Assembly (NCBI GenBank): GCA_052426225.1
Contig: JBNJNM010000006.1
Span: 2,046,001 to 2,110,000, forward strand
DNA: 64,000 nt
Source: Zancudomyces culisetae HAW-14-8
Lineage: Eukaryota; Fungi; Kickxellomycota
Direction: 5' to 3'
The stretch's first letter is position 1. The number at the start of each line of letters is the position of its first letter. Of this stretch, positions 25,358 through 38,073 are shown in pieces. The notes under the pieces were generated by a model. It saw only the letters and a program-made list of their open reading frames with translations, had not been told where the DNA came from and ran no database searches. The position numbers and the translations under genes were made by a program.

Positions 25358-28300
25358 TTAAAGCTTAACTACAGATTTTTTGGATCTAAAGTTTGGACGA
25401 AGCTTTCCCACCAACCTTCCAATAAACCCGTTAACAACAAGATATTCGTAACAAAATACTACAACCGAGTTTGCAACTGCATAACCCCAAACTACCCACC
25501 TGTAATTTTTAGGATACACGTTGTGTCCAATGGGAGAGTTGTAAGTGAAGATGTGGAACTTGGGTACAGGATAGCCCAGAGACTCCAAAACAGCAGGATC
25601 TCCGCAGTTGACACGGAACAAGCAGCCAAGAGGGTTTGGATCAGCAATGGCGATGTAAGAGAGAACGCCAAGGAAGGCAAAATACAAAATAACCAGGATG
25701 TAATTATAGATCCAGGCGCGTCGGTAGCGATAGCCGAGGTTGAAGGTTCCAGCAGCATTGACAAACTGGAACAACAGAGTGATGGTCAGAGTTTCGGCTT
25801 CGTAGTTATCACCAAGCAGCCACCAAAGGGCGGTATCAATACTGCTGGAATCAAACTCGTTGCATCTAAACCATGACTGTTGGAAAAGCATAAAGAACGC
25901 AAAGCATATGAATATCAGATTAATAATAACCTGGCCCACTGTTGAGTAAAAAGTGTTCGAGTCCAACAAACGTGCAGTGGGTCTGAATGGAGAGAGCTTC
26001 TTGGCAGCCTTTGACTGAGTTATAGCAAAGAGTAGACCTACAGCAATCAGGGAATCGATAAAAATCCATACGGATTCGGGAACAATGACAGTAAAGTAGA
26101 ATTGGAATAGTTCAAGCCAGGCCATAGTTTCACCATACATAATCAAAAACTTGTATGCAGCCATAGAGGTGGCGAGAGCAGCTCTACCCTGGAGCATCAG
26201 TCGTACGCATGAAAAAATAGATCTGTTGGAGGAGGAGAATGGAGAGACTATAGAGGCTTCGGATTCAGAAAGTGCAATGCCAACATGTGCAGCTCGCAAA
26301 GCACCACAATCATTTCCACCATCCCCACACATTGCAGTGACATTCTTTTCCATAAACATCTTTACAGTTGAAACTTTGCCGTCAGGGGTCATTCTGGAAA
26401 ATATTCGAATGTCATATAGATAGTCACGGATCTTGTCGGTGGAAATCAAGTAATCAAAGGAAGCGGCTGTAACTGCAAGGTCTAGCTTAGATGACCTTCT
26501 GGTAACAAGATCAACCGACTTGTTTTCTGCATACTCAACACGTTCTCTTTCAGCACTCAAAAGAGCATCGATATCTTCGACTAGCTCCCTTGACGGATAC
26601 TTTCGCCAAACAAGCACAGGTTCATTAGAATCCTTCACATGTTCCATATCACCCAGCACCACTTGTGAATCTTGGGGAACCATTCCACTTGCTCTGCCAA
26701 TATATATTCCTGTCAGTGCATTGTCACCAGTAATCATAACACATCTGATGTTGCCGTTCTTCAGCTCGCCCAATGCTTCTGCTGTATCATCCTTGAGCTT
26801 ATTGCGGAACATTAATAAAAGATTTAGTGATACTCCAGACTCCAACTCATCCCTAGACATGCAGTTCAGCGCTGAAAAGTCTTCAACAGGTCCGAGATCC
26901 TTGTGCGCCATTGCCAAAACATAACATCCTTCTGAAGCCCATTTTGCAGCCACTTCGTCATAGTTTGAAGGTAAGCTTGAAGGACTGGATATTTTTTTCA
27001 ATCTCTCGAACGAACCCTTAACATATACATGTACGTGGTTGGTATCAGGGTCAAGAACAGCAACCGACATACTCTGTCTGGCATGCTCAAATTCAAAGCG
27101 CTTGACAACATGAACTACTTTGCGTGGAAGATTTGTTTTCTCTGAATGATTGTCCATAATTGGTGAAATCAATGTATCAAGATATTTAACACCATTAGAT
27201 TCTTCAGTTTCTGAACCTGTGGTCTTGGGAAGTATTTCCCACTCGGTTACTCGGAATTGTTCGACATCTACTGGATTTCCAATTGGTGTGTTTCCCACAA
27301 CTGCAACTGCGTGGCATGTTGCCAATCCGATCTGCGAAATCTGACTAAGCTGTGTAAGGTCCTCATGTGACACTCCAAATTCTGGAACTCCGCTATCTCC
27401 AGACAAAACAACAATATCCTGGGCTGAACTGAACTCTAGCCCCTCCCGGGTAAGTGTTCCGGTTTTATCAAAACAGAAGACTTTGACTTTACCCGCGACC
27501 ATAATTCTTGGTAAATCTATACAGAATACCTTTTGTGCACGAAGTCTAGCTGCAGTAACAGATTGACTAATAACAAATGATGCTGGAAGTAAAGGCGACA
27601 AGATCTGTGAAATCACAAATATTCCGTAAAACCATGAAGTAAGGTTGTATCCCATCAACCAGATAGTCAATCCAAACGCCGCACCACCCCATATCAGTAG
27701 TATGAGAATAACTATGCGAAGCTGCTCGTTAAATACAAATGAATATTGAGTTGGATAAAGAATATTTTGCACCATTTTTCCCTTGTTAGTGTTTGTACGG
27801 GTTGACAACACCAATACTTGAGTTTGAGGTTCTAGTTTGCCATCTGTTTCAATAGCATCGCCATCAGAATCAAACAGTGCTTGCTTTTCCGCAGACTCTG
27901 ACAGTTGCCTGTTGTTAAGGGCTCTGCGTCGTAAATTCTTTTCATTGAGTGTACCATTCATTTTTTCCGTTGAAGACGATTTAGATGCTGTTACGCTGCC
28001 TATATCTGTCGCTACTGACATAGCTGGACTCGCATAGACTGAGCTTCCTGTACACTGGAGTACCGAGGTACCTGCAAATACAGTGTATATCTTTCCTGAG
28101 TTGTACTTGTTGTAGGCAATAGGGTCGTTTTTAAGCGAGAATTTCCGTACTGGCATGGCTTCACCCGTCAAACTACTTTCATCGACAACCACCTCGCCCT
28201 TGATTACAGCACCATCAACCATTACCTGCGACCCACTCTCGAGTGAAATGATATCTCCTGGAACAAGGTGTACGGACTCCAACTCGACCCATACTCCATC

Positions 28301-29857
28301 TCTCTTCACCTTGTAAACACCATTCTGTTCAGCTAGCTGTTTTATTCTCTTTTCGGAATTCACCTTAAGTACTGATTTTACTACTGCCGATATTATAATT
28401 ACTAATGTTTGAACACTGCCCATTTTGTAATAGTTGAAGTAGAACCATACCCAAAGGCACATCATCTGATACAAATAGAAAAATGATGCAAATTCACTAC
28501 CCAATGCCTTGAGATATGAAGGAACCTCGACTCTCACATAATTACTTCCCACATAGCCTTCCCGCTTTATGGCTTCCTCAGTAGTCAATCCGTCCTTTAG
28601 CTTCAAAAGTACGTCGTGGCTGTCACCCAAATCAAAGTTATGTGTAGAGAACGATCCGGTTTCGTTCAATACAAATCGCTCGCATCTATGTTCAAAGTAT
28701 TTGACTGGTTTTGCGTTCCCTTTTTCTATCTGCTCGGCGATCACTTTTGTTGTCATGTATGATTTGTTCAATCCCAATATGTCCTTAAATTTATTCTCTA
28801 ATGTGCGCGCGAGTAATACAAATTTATTTGCACTCTCAGTCATAACTATTTCTTCGCTCTCTTCCTCTATGTGAATGAAACGTGCATCCTTTAACTGACA
28901 CCGCACTCTGTAAAAGTTGCGAACTTTTGTGTTAACCAACATTAACAATGCCAGCCACACAAGACAAACATGCCACACTGCAATGAAAAAGGCCATTGAA
29001 GTATCTGAAGACAAAAACAATCCAAATTGGATACCATCGATCATTCCGTAGTAATCCAACACATTCACCAATAGTAGTGACACCAGACCTAACGTGGAAA
29101 CTACTAGGTAGATAAAAGAAAATGTGCCCACAATGTTGCTTTTATACCCTACAAGCCCCATCTTCTTTTCCTTGAGTGTAAAGCCATCCACGGATGTGTA
29201 TACCTGTTTGCTAGTCTTCACACTCTTCTCCAGCGCCTTTTTAAATGGATACCAAAACATGTTTACAGCGACAAAGAGTGATGCACAGGTATAGATAGCA
29301 ATATAAATAGGTTCTTTGAAAGTAAATCGTGGACTAGGTACCTCGGGACATACAAGAAATTCATAATTCATCTGGTTATCAGCACTCCATTCAGGAATAA
29401 AAGTACCGATCGTATCCACGGTCGTGCTATTGTCCACCAGGTTCCATATCTTAGCACAGGCAAGCTCGATCTGCTGAGTCTTTATTGAGGGATCAAAGTT
29501 CACAACAGTTACTCCATCTGTTGCAGGTATACATGCCACATACTGTTGAGAGACATCGTCTGCCCCCAGTCCACATAGACACGGATTTTCTATACCACTA
29601 CAATCCTTGCTACATGTTCCATCGAGGCATCTTTTGTGTCCTGTATCTTCACATGGCAAATTTGGATTTAGATTTTTAGGACATAGTTCCGCACTTTTCG
29701 CACAAAGCCCGGGGCAAGCCAAACCTTGTCTTGTAAGTAACGGGCATAAATCCCCATTTACATCATATTTGTTTGGCGTATTGAACGCTGGGTATCCCTT
29801 AACTAACCCTAGCGCGCCAAAAAACAACGAAAGTTGTAGTAAATCCGTGACAAACAT
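25358..29857 (-). CDS. P5-type (P5B-like) P-type ATPase with N-terminal signal peptide and Cys-rich ectodomain, intronless
   Basis: FDKTGTLT phosphorylation motif, DESSLTGEA, KGSFE, MITGDN, CGDGGNDCGAL and multiple TM helices. Confidence 0.92.
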   Translation of the reverse strand: MFVTDLLQLSLFFGALGLVKGYPAFNTPNKYDVNGDLCPLLTRQGLACPGLCAKSAELCPKNLNPNLPCEDTGHKRCLDGTCSKDCSGIENPCLCGLGADDVSQQYVACIPATDGVTVVNFDPSIKTQQIELACAKIWNLVDNSTTVDTIGTFIPEWSADNQMNYEFLVCPEVPSPRFTFKEPIYIAIYTCASLFVAVNMFWYPFKKALEKSVKTSKQVYTSVDGFTLKEKKMGLVGYKSNIVGTFSFIYLVVSTLGLVSLLLVNVLDYYGMIDGIQFGLFLSSDTSMAFFIAVWHVCLVWLALLMLVNTKVRNFYRVRCQLKDARFIHIEEESEEIVMTESANKFVLLARTLENKFKDILGLNKSYMTTKVIAEQIEKGNAKPVKYFEHRCERFVLNETGSFSTHNFDLGDSHDVLLKLKDGLTTEEAIKREGYVGSNYVRVEVPSYLKALGSEFASFFYLYQMMCLWVWFYFNYYKMGSVQTLVIIISAVVKSVLKVNSEKRIKQLAEQNGVYKVKRDGVWVELESVHLVPGDIISLESGSQVMVDGAVIKGEVVVDESSLTGEAMPVRKFSLKNDPIAYNKYNSGKIYTVFAGTSVLQCTGSSVYASPAMSVATDIGSVTASKSSSTEKMNGTLNEKNLRRRALNNRQLSESAEKQALFDSDGDAIETDGKLEPQTQVLVLSTRTNTNKGKMVQNILYPTQYSFVFNEQLRIVILILLIWGGAAFGLTIWLMGYNLTSWFYGIFVISQILSPLLPASFVISQSVTAARLRAQKVFCIDLPRIMVAGKVKVFCFDKTGTLTREGLEFSSAQDIVVLSGDSGVPEFGVSHEDLTQLSQISQIGLATCHAVAVVGNTPIGNPVDVEQFRVTEWEILPKTTGSETEESNGVKYLDTLISPIMDNHSEKTNLPRKVVHVVKRFEFEHARQSMSVAVLDPDTNHVHVYVKGSFERLKKISSPSSLPSNYDEVAAKWASEGCYVLAMAHKDLGPVEDFSALNCMSRDELESGVSLNLLLMFRNKLKDDTAEALGELKNGNIRCVMITGDNALTGIYIGRASGMVPQDSQVVLGDMEHVKDSNEPVLVWRKYPSRELVEDIDALLSAERERVEYAENKSVDLVTRRSSKLDLAVTAASFDYLISTDKIRDYLYDIRIFSRMTPDGKVSTVKMFMEKNVTAMCGDGGNDCGALRAAHVGIALSESEASIVSPFSSSNRSIFSCVRLMLQGRAALATSMAAYKFLIMYGETMAWLELFQFYFTVIVPESVWIFIDSLIAVGLLFAITQSKAAKKLSPFRPTARLLDSNTFYSTVGQVIINLIFICFAFFMLFQQSWFRCNEFDSSSIDTALWWLLGDNYEAETLTITLLFQFVNAAGTFNLGYRYRRAWIYNYILVILYFAFLGVLSYIAIADPNPLGCLFRVNCGDPAVLESLGYPVPKFHIFTYNSPIGHNVYPKNYRWVVWGYAVANSVVVFCYEYLVVNGFIGRLVGKLRPNFRSKKSVVKL

Positions 29858-31274
29858 GTAGGTGTACCGAATGCGAAATTTTCAAGCCCAGATTAGTTTT
29901 TTTTTGCTTTTCACCTTCCTTATCTTCTTGTTTTTTGTTAGATATGAAAGCCGAATATTCCGATGTTTATACCAAAAATTAAGGTTTGTACCTCTAGTCT
30001 ATTAAGAAGAAAAATGTTGGTGTTTTGGGTATTTAAGCAAAGTTAGTTATCAGGAGCCAGAAAGCAACATTATCCTTCATGTGAAAATATTGATTCGCAA
30101 AAAATAGAAAAGTTAAAGCTACGGATATCTCTCAATATGTGTTGGCTATAAATGCACCAGCTCTTTTCCCTTCTATTCCCCTTTCTTCTAGTACTAGATG
30201 GCTTTTTCTAATGGGCTTATTTATCTTGAGTGTTACTAAATTGCTAATGGTAGTAAATCAATTCGGAAATTGCTATTTCAGATGAACATTTAGAAAAAAA
30301 ATTTTTTTCATCATCAATAACAAATTTGGATATTAACCAATTTGATGAAAATATGTTGGTAATTACCAGTTTAACGAAAAAAATAAATAAATAAACAAAT
30401 ACCAATCCAAAATGGCCAGTTACTAATGGAAAAGTCATGGGCCAATAATAATAAAACCCATCAATTATTGGAAATCACCAAATTCCACTTTCCTTTCGCT
30501 TTTTTTCACTTAGAAACTCCAACTTCCTCCCCCTCCCCGTTTCACCTGCACCTCTCCCTTTTTTACTTGCAATTTCCTGGCCTCTATTTTTCGTTAGTTA
30601 AAACCCTAACCGTAATTTCTTATCTCAGCCTGTTCCGATAGGCATCAAATTTGAATGATCAAACCAACAGGATAATATCCACCCCTCTCCACCTCTCAAC
30701 TACAGTGTATTCTCAAATTTTGTAGTGTTTTTGTGGCTCGGTTTGCAAGTGCATTAGAATTGTTTACATCAATTTAATAAAGACAATTTCAATATGTTTT
30801 TTGTGTTAATGAAAAACGCTATGTACCATTTGTTCACATGTGCTTGACCAAAAACCACAAAAGATTATTGGGAGGATTAGAAACCGGAATTTAGTCCAAA
30901 AAACGTAACTATTATTTTATACCAAATCAGCGTGATAACACACATCAGCGTTGATATGAAATAGAAAGAGTGGAATAAGCTTTTCTGAGTATTGGCACGG
31001 AGACAGCCAAACACAGGGCCCTGCCTAGTTTGGTCGCAAAATAAAAATAAAGTGTATTAGATAAAAATGATTTCCACTTGAAAACAATTGTAGCGAGTAA
31101 TTAACAAGCTGACTACAAAAGTTGGTTATAGTAGTGGCACTACTTTAAAAGAAAAACGGTAAGGTAGGATAAAACAAGGTAAGGTACGTATGTGATGGTA
31201 CCCGGATCTACACTTGCAGTCAAGAAGTATACACGCTTGTATGCGTCAGAGGTAGCGATAACCATATTTTGGTA

Positions 31275-31300
31275 CCAATACCAATACCAATACCAATACC
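31275..31300. repeat. (CCAATA)n hexamer microsatellite
   Basis: About 4 copies read directly in the intergenic DNA. Confidence 0.8.
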
Positions 31301-32238
31301 CCTCATCGTTCTGTAGATAGAATGCATATTTTAGTCACGTTGTTTGTGGTGTACTGGAAAATACTGACACGTAACATACTTCACAGTGATGAGTGGAACA
31401 GTAGACTACTTTCAGACTATTTGTGTGACATCTCCTTGGGCTAGAACGCTAAATACATGACTGCGAATCGTACATGTGTTCAACAGAACTGCTTAACCTC
31501 TGGCCAATAGCATAAACTTAATACCAATTCTAGATGCTTGTTTTTGTACCAATTCAAAAAAAATTCTTTAAATGTAATTTGTGGTGTTCCCCAACTTTTA
31601 CTGCATATTTACAGAGATTAAAATTATTTCTTATTCTTATTCTATATTTTCACAAGTGCACCACTTTCTTTACCATAACCGAATGGTAGAAAAAATAATC
31701 TAGATTTATACCCGTGTTGTTTTTTAAAAAAAATCACAAAATATGTGAGCTGTGCTATAAAAAGAGTGGTTTATGTGGTAAGGCTGCCCATAGCAAAGTA
31801 GGTCACCTTACGCTAAACAGAAGACGAATAACTAACAAATACTATTCATTACCACACATACCACATATAGCGAATATGTTCGAGTTCTTACTGAATTAAA
31901 ATCAGACTTTTAATTTGCATTAGAGTGTGTCAGAAAAAGTAAAGATTTATCACCACTACCACTACCACTACCACAACCGTTCTTGCAATTAAGCGGAGTT
32001 TGTTTCACATTCATAAAAACAGGATTCATTTTCACCAATAGCTAGAATTCTAGAAGCGTAACGTGAAATCGTCAATTAATCATGCTATGTGCTTACATTT
32101 ATTTTGAATTTATAGCGTACTAGCCAAAAGCAAACTCCGAATAACTTTGAAATCAAAAACAATCATTGTTGTAGAAATAAATACGTTTCAATTTTATCTT
32201 TATAACCACTTCTAACACAAAGCTAGACTAATAATAAA

Positions 32239-33374
32239 ATGGGGTTTTCTGACTTGGTTTCAATGCTAATTTTAGGACGTGGATTTGTGGGTAGCTATGT
32301 TGTAAATGAGTGCATCAAGAAACAAATAACACACTTAGCTACAACAAGCAATGGCAGAGAGGGTACACTAAAGTTTTTATTGCCTGGGGAAGACGATTCA
32401 ATCGAACAATTTGAAGACGCGATTCGACCTTTGCCGAACGCAGACAGCATTCTAATAACATTTCCTATTAAAGGAAAGAAAGTATTAGATAGATTAATCA
32501 ATTCATATGAAAAAACCCACGAAGCGTTTACTCGGGATATAAAAGTCAACTGGATCCTACTTGGAACAACGTCAGTGTTCACCAAAATACCGAGCGATAG
32601 AACTACACCTCCTGATCCCACAAAACTACCAGAGCGCCAGGAGGCTGAAAACAGACTCATAAGCCATCACAAAGGAACAGTTGTATAGTAAGGATCTATA
32701 TAAATTAATAACTATTTTTACACTTGTTTGTGTATTAAAACTATGCTTCTACTAACGCAAATCATTATGTTTAAATTTAGCCTTTCGGGGTTGTATGGAG
32801 GATCAAGGTAATGCTTTTTAAATACTAGAGTTGATTTATACCCTTTTGTTACCGAAAAAGCTGGGGAATATAAGTTTTTATATTGTAAAAGCAGTCATCA
32901 ATATTATTTGTGCTTGAACTTTGAAAAAAATATACCGTATTACAATTTGGTTTTAAAAAATATATACTTAGAGATCCAAGGGGTTGGGTAAAAAGGTATA
33001 CTAACTTCGAAGCGATAATGGGAAGAGTGAAAAACAGAGGGCTACATATCATTCATGGTGAAGATGTTGCGCGTGCAATAATAGAGGGGTTGTACAAGTA
33101 CCCCACACCAGGTCAACGCTGGATAGTTTCAGAGCCCGAGTGCTACGATATGCTCCAGATATTCAGTCATTATATGGATCAACCTTCATTAGAAATTCTC
33201 AAAAAGATAATCGAGGATCCTTCAAACAAACAGTATATCCCTGAAAGCAGTTTAGATGAGATTAAGAACGGAAAGTACAAAAATAATATCCAAAGACGTG
33301 TTGATCCGGATGAGTTCTGGAAGACGTTTGGGCTCACCCCGCTCCACAGTTTTAGATTTGATTCTAAATATTAA
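32239..33374 (+). CDS. NAD(P)-binding Rossmann-fold protein (atypical/extended SDR, epimerase-like); exons 32239-32687, 32781-32807, 32972-33374
   Basis: LILGRGFVG dinucleotide-binding motif; spliced YLSGLYGGSRDP and IHGEDVARAI motifs; intron phases consistent. Confidence 0.82.
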
Positions 33375-33752
33375 ACTACTTTTGAACTGTCGAGGGTATA
33401 GATTGGGAATATCCCTATTTTTGATTAAGCTGACTCTCTGATTGCCAAGATATTTAACTTTCAAAGATGGATGGGTTAATAACCGGAGGATATATCATTG
33501 TAGTTTACAGTGGTTACTTTGTCCTCTCTATTTTGTTTTTTCTTATTATTTAGCACTTAAAATGGAGAAAAGAGTAATGGTATTTTAAAACCTTTCACTC
33601 ACTTTATTTAGTGACAATTTAGTAATTATATTTCATACATAAACTAAATTTTATGACTTCAAAAACGTTAAATCAAAAAAAAATCGAATTGCAAAAGCGA
33701 GTTTGTTAAAAAAAATTAACAGATCTCTCCTTACACTACAAAGTTCTACAAA

Positions 33753-35097
33753 ATGACCAACAGCTACCTAAGACTAGAAAATTATCACGTATTGGTAGGG
33801 CTTTTTTTAAACCGGTAGAAATTTCGTTTTCAAAGTATTAAACACTTCATGTAACGAAATATATAGATTACGGGGGCAAGCGGAGGTGTAGGTGTTGCAA
33901 CCGCTCATGCATTCTTAGGTAGGTGCTACTCTCTTAATTCTACTTACCTGGCTTTTAGCTTTTACCTTTTACCTCTAATTTATTACTTTGAACACTTGTG
34001 TAGAGCAGGGATCAAAAGTAACGTTGCACTATAACAGCAACTGTGGTAATTTGGGAAACTTGCTTCGGGAGTATCCGGAAAATGTGGTCGCATTAAAAGC
34101 AAATGTGCTAGATGAAATGGAGATACAGAAGTTGATTGTTGATTCTGTGTCTAGATTTGGCCCCATAAACATTCTTGTTTTGAACCATGGAATTTGGCCG
34201 GCATCTGACATACCAATAAAAGATATGGAACTAAGTCATTGGAACAACACCATCGGAGTTAACCTCACTGGCTGCTTTTTATTTGCACGCGAGTATTTGA
34301 AACAGCTAGAGGCACACAATGTCAATGAAAATGTTTCAGTTGTGATTGTTGGGTAAGTGAGGAAAATTTACTCAGATATACACTTTTTCCGTTTCTTTAA
34401 TGGAAGCGATATTATATTTTATGTATGCCAAACGTAAATCCTGCTAACAAAACGTGGTTTCAAATATAATAACAGCTCGACAGCGGGTAAATTTGGTGAA
34501 GCATTTCATGCAGGTAAGATACTCGTGGTATTTCATAAACTTTTTTTTGGTATGTTAACTACAAAATCCAGTACGTAAATAGATTACGCTTGCTCGAAAT
34601 CGGCGTTGATGGGTGGTTTCACTTTAAGCTTAAAAAACGAGATTGTCAAAGTTTCTCCACGTGGGAGAGTTAACACTGTTGCTCCGGTAGGTTATTCTTT
34701 GGGTTTTGACATGCGTCGTAACAGTTAGATATTTTTATCCTGATTATCATCCTTCCGTTCATGTTGAGTTTTGGTTAGCTTCACATACCGGAAAGGATAA
34801 ACAACCCTTTGATGGGTAAATTTCGGAACTATTATATTAGATACTAAAATTCAGATAAAAACACAACACCACTAGGGATGGATAAGGACCCCCATGGCTG
34901 AAACAGCAATGAAAAACCCAAAAATACTTTCCCAGGCTATGGCTACCTCACCCTTAAATAAGGTCTCAGAACCTTCTGATATTGCCAATAGTATTTTGTT
35001 TTTGGCCAGTGAAGCTGCATCAGGAAACATTACAGGTCATGTTTTGGATGTAAACGCAGGCATGGAAGGCCGCCTTTTAAACAGCGTACATCAATAG
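33753..35097 (+). CDS. Classical short-chain dehydrogenase/reductase; exons 33753-33794, 33867-33918, 34004-34352, 34476-34513, 34583-34686, 34876-35097
   Basis: ITGASGGVG, LNHG, VNLTG, GST, catalytic YACSK and RVNTVAPGWIRTPM after splicing at GT-AG sites. Confidence 0.92.
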
Positions 35098-35453
35098 TTT
35101 TTTTTACATAACCAAACACATAGCCTTTTGCCAATTCACTCGAGTTGGCGCTCTTAACCTGAAAACCATTCAGTGTCGTTATCATTTATTTATTTACACT
35201 CAAAGGCGAGCATTTCCTTTAAATACAGTCTGCTTAGCTATCTTTACAATCATATGTTTCACGAAAAATATCTATCCTATCGATCTCAAACCTAGGGTTT
35301 GTGATCCTTTTTATACAAAAGTAGGTGAAAAACAAAGTAATTCACCAACCTAACATATCTGTCAATGTTAGGGATAGCAATTCAACACAGATAATTGCAC
35401 TGAACCATCATTTCTAACCCAGTACCATGATACTTGCTCACTACCAGGGCAGA

Positions 35454-36371
35454 TTAGGTTAAATCTTCTGTGGCCAAGCCAGTAGATGATTTAATAAATT
35501 CTAGATACTTTGCAACTCTTGTGTAAATACCAATAGACTCTTGACCATTACAAAACTGGGCGTTATCACCTTGACTGGACAGTACACCATAGCTAGTTAC
35601 GCCTAAGATTCTGGTAACACCATCTGTAGTTCTCAGCAACGGCCCACCAGAATCCCCCGCGCATGTATCTTTACCCAACGTATTTCCTGTACATATTTGG
35701 CTTGTGTTTCCATCAAGTTGGAAATCTGACTTGATCTTACGGCAATCACTTGCTGATATTATTTTCAGCTCTACTTCCTGCAATTCGGAGGAAGGAGTAC
35801 TTGAATCTGCTTCGTAGAATCCCCATCCTATGGCTGCCACCGATTCATCACTCTGTATATCACCTGTGTCAATTTTTACTGGAGAAAGTCCTGATCCTTC
35901 GGAAAGCTTTATTAGAGCAATATCATTCTATAAAATCGGATATTCTGTGTTACTTATTTGAACCTACAACATAAAAACATTTTCTCTACCCAGAATAAAC
36001 TATAAACATCATACAAAAAAGTTAGATGATAATTTTACCTCGTGTGTATCTGTGTTATAGTCCTGGTGAACGATTATTTTTTCAGGATTTTTTCCCTTAT
36101 CTGGGTTGTATGCAGCTGAACCTACTAAGACCTTGAGCTGGTTTGGCTCGGTTTCGTGAACACAATGAGCAGCAGTGAGTACCCACATCTCGTTTATCAA
36201 CGAACCACCGCATAAAGAACCCATTTTTTTGTTATCCAGCTGTGTAGCAAATGGATACGAGCTTATGTCAGCCCTGGCACCACCGTAAATTCTAGCACCA
36301 CCTATGCTTGCACCTTCTACAAATGGTAACGGGCCACTCAAGAGTGCTATTGCTGTTGATATTAGTATCAT
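35454..36371 (-). CDS. Secreted trypsin-like serine protease (S1A); exons 36371-36039 and 35927-35454
   Basis: Signal peptide, R|IYGG activation site, triad motifs LTAAHC, NDIAL and GDSGGP, and Asp in the S1 pocket (KDTC). Confidence 0.95.
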
Positions 36372-38073
36372 ATTTTTAAAAAATCGGGGTTTTCCCTTAT
36401 TAATATTAAATTATAATTTATCAATCAAGCTGTTAGGAAGGGGGTGTTGTGGGATATATAAATACCCTATACATTAACTAAAAAGGAATACAATCAGCTC
36501 AAACATGACTTTCAGGGGTATTTATATAGACTCCATTTCATTTCATGATAATGATAATGATAATATTCGGTTTTTATAGTATTATTTGTATTTTGTTAGG
36601 GAACTCTAATAGACTTTAGAAAGTCCAGGGAATTCAAACGCTAAAAGATCGGTTCTTTGAATTTCAAAGTGTGTCTAATCAAATTCAATTTAATTACTTT
36701 CAAATATTTATAGACTGAGCAACATTGATCAATCAATTAAATGGAAAAATCCTTATTGAAGTAGTTATACTTTTAGTACACCAAATTAGTGTTTCTGATA
36801 AGCTCTAGGCTCCGACAAACAGCTAATCATAATATAGGCCATGGTGTGGTGACTTTAAAAGAATGTAGATTGTCAAACCAACCAATATTTATTGTCAAAG
36901 GCTTTATAAAAGTAATTTGAGTTTTATTATTTCGCGGATACATTTTGCGAGTTGGCTTTGTGCTTTTAGAAAATGGGCAAATGAAATGTGTTTCCCATAA
37001 CGATATGGAATGTATCCAGGGACTTTATAAAAAAGAACGGTGCTTCAAATTTCACTTTAGGCTCTCCGTGAGTATATCAAAGAGTTTCAATAATCTTGTT
37101 TTCTCTTTCCCGATATGACTTGAGTTTACCAATAAATGTTTAATGTAACTCAAAGAGTAAAATACGAAGATTAGTTAGACCAGTGCTTTGATACTATGGC
37201 TTTCTGGTGTGAATGGCCATTAGTTTCAGGGATGGGTATCACAATGCATTTCAAAAAATAAAATAAAAACTATACTCAGGAAATCCCACATTGGACCCAG
37301 CTTTTATATCAGGATTTTTTTATACATGGAATGACAAATAATAACAAAATACCAAACTATAGAAGTATGGAAGTATGGAAGCATGAGTAGAGGTATGAGT
37401 ATGAGTAAAGGGCTACTTTCTCTCCTATAACCATGGCACAATCACTCTACTAGCTACTGACATTGGTTACTATTTAAGTTGGTGAGTGTAAATACAGTTA
37501 TGGTTGTTGCTTTACAACCTAGTTTGTTTGGCGTAATTCTTTAATAATCATGAAGTTTCTATACGCGAAAATCGCTTTAAATCATGAAAAACAACAAATC
37601 TGAAAAAACTGGCGCAATTCACACAAAAATTTACGCGGAAACTCGTAAAAGTTTTGATTTTTTCCATTTTGTTTCCTATTCGCCATTTTGAATTGATTTT
37701 TTTTATGATTTCACTAAAATAATTTTTAGAGTATCAACATTCGCGATATAGTAAATAAATGAGTTCACAGATTTTCTATAAAAAAATAGATAGAAAAACA
37801 TATTGGCGAGCAAGTTATTCAAGGGCTAAACTGTAACACTTAAATTAAACAGATTCACCCCTCTTCTCGAGTATAACGATAGCTGTAGTGAACACGCACC
37901 CAATAGTGTATACAACAGGGTCAGGGTGAGGTGAAGGTTGGAGCTAACGCATACATAAATTTAATTCAATGAAAATTTATTCCAAAACTTAGTAGAGAGT
38001 GACAGTGAGCAAGAACAGAGCAAGTTATCTTTTATCCGTAGCCATTGCAAATTCTAGAAGGGGGGAACGAACA

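Noticed and set aside
31387-31470. GTGATGA box C of a possible C/D snoRNA
   Set aside because: No box D (CTGA) or terminal stem at a suitable distance.
33941-33952. TACTTACCTGG matches the U1 snRNA 5' end
   Set aside because: Lies inside an 85-nt intron of the SDR gene with no U1 stem-loops or Sm site downstream.
36508-36530. ACTTTCAGGG..TATAG resembles the U3 snoRNA 5' region
   Set aside because: Box A GATC is missing, and the reverse strand reads as a TATA box upstream of the trypsin gene.
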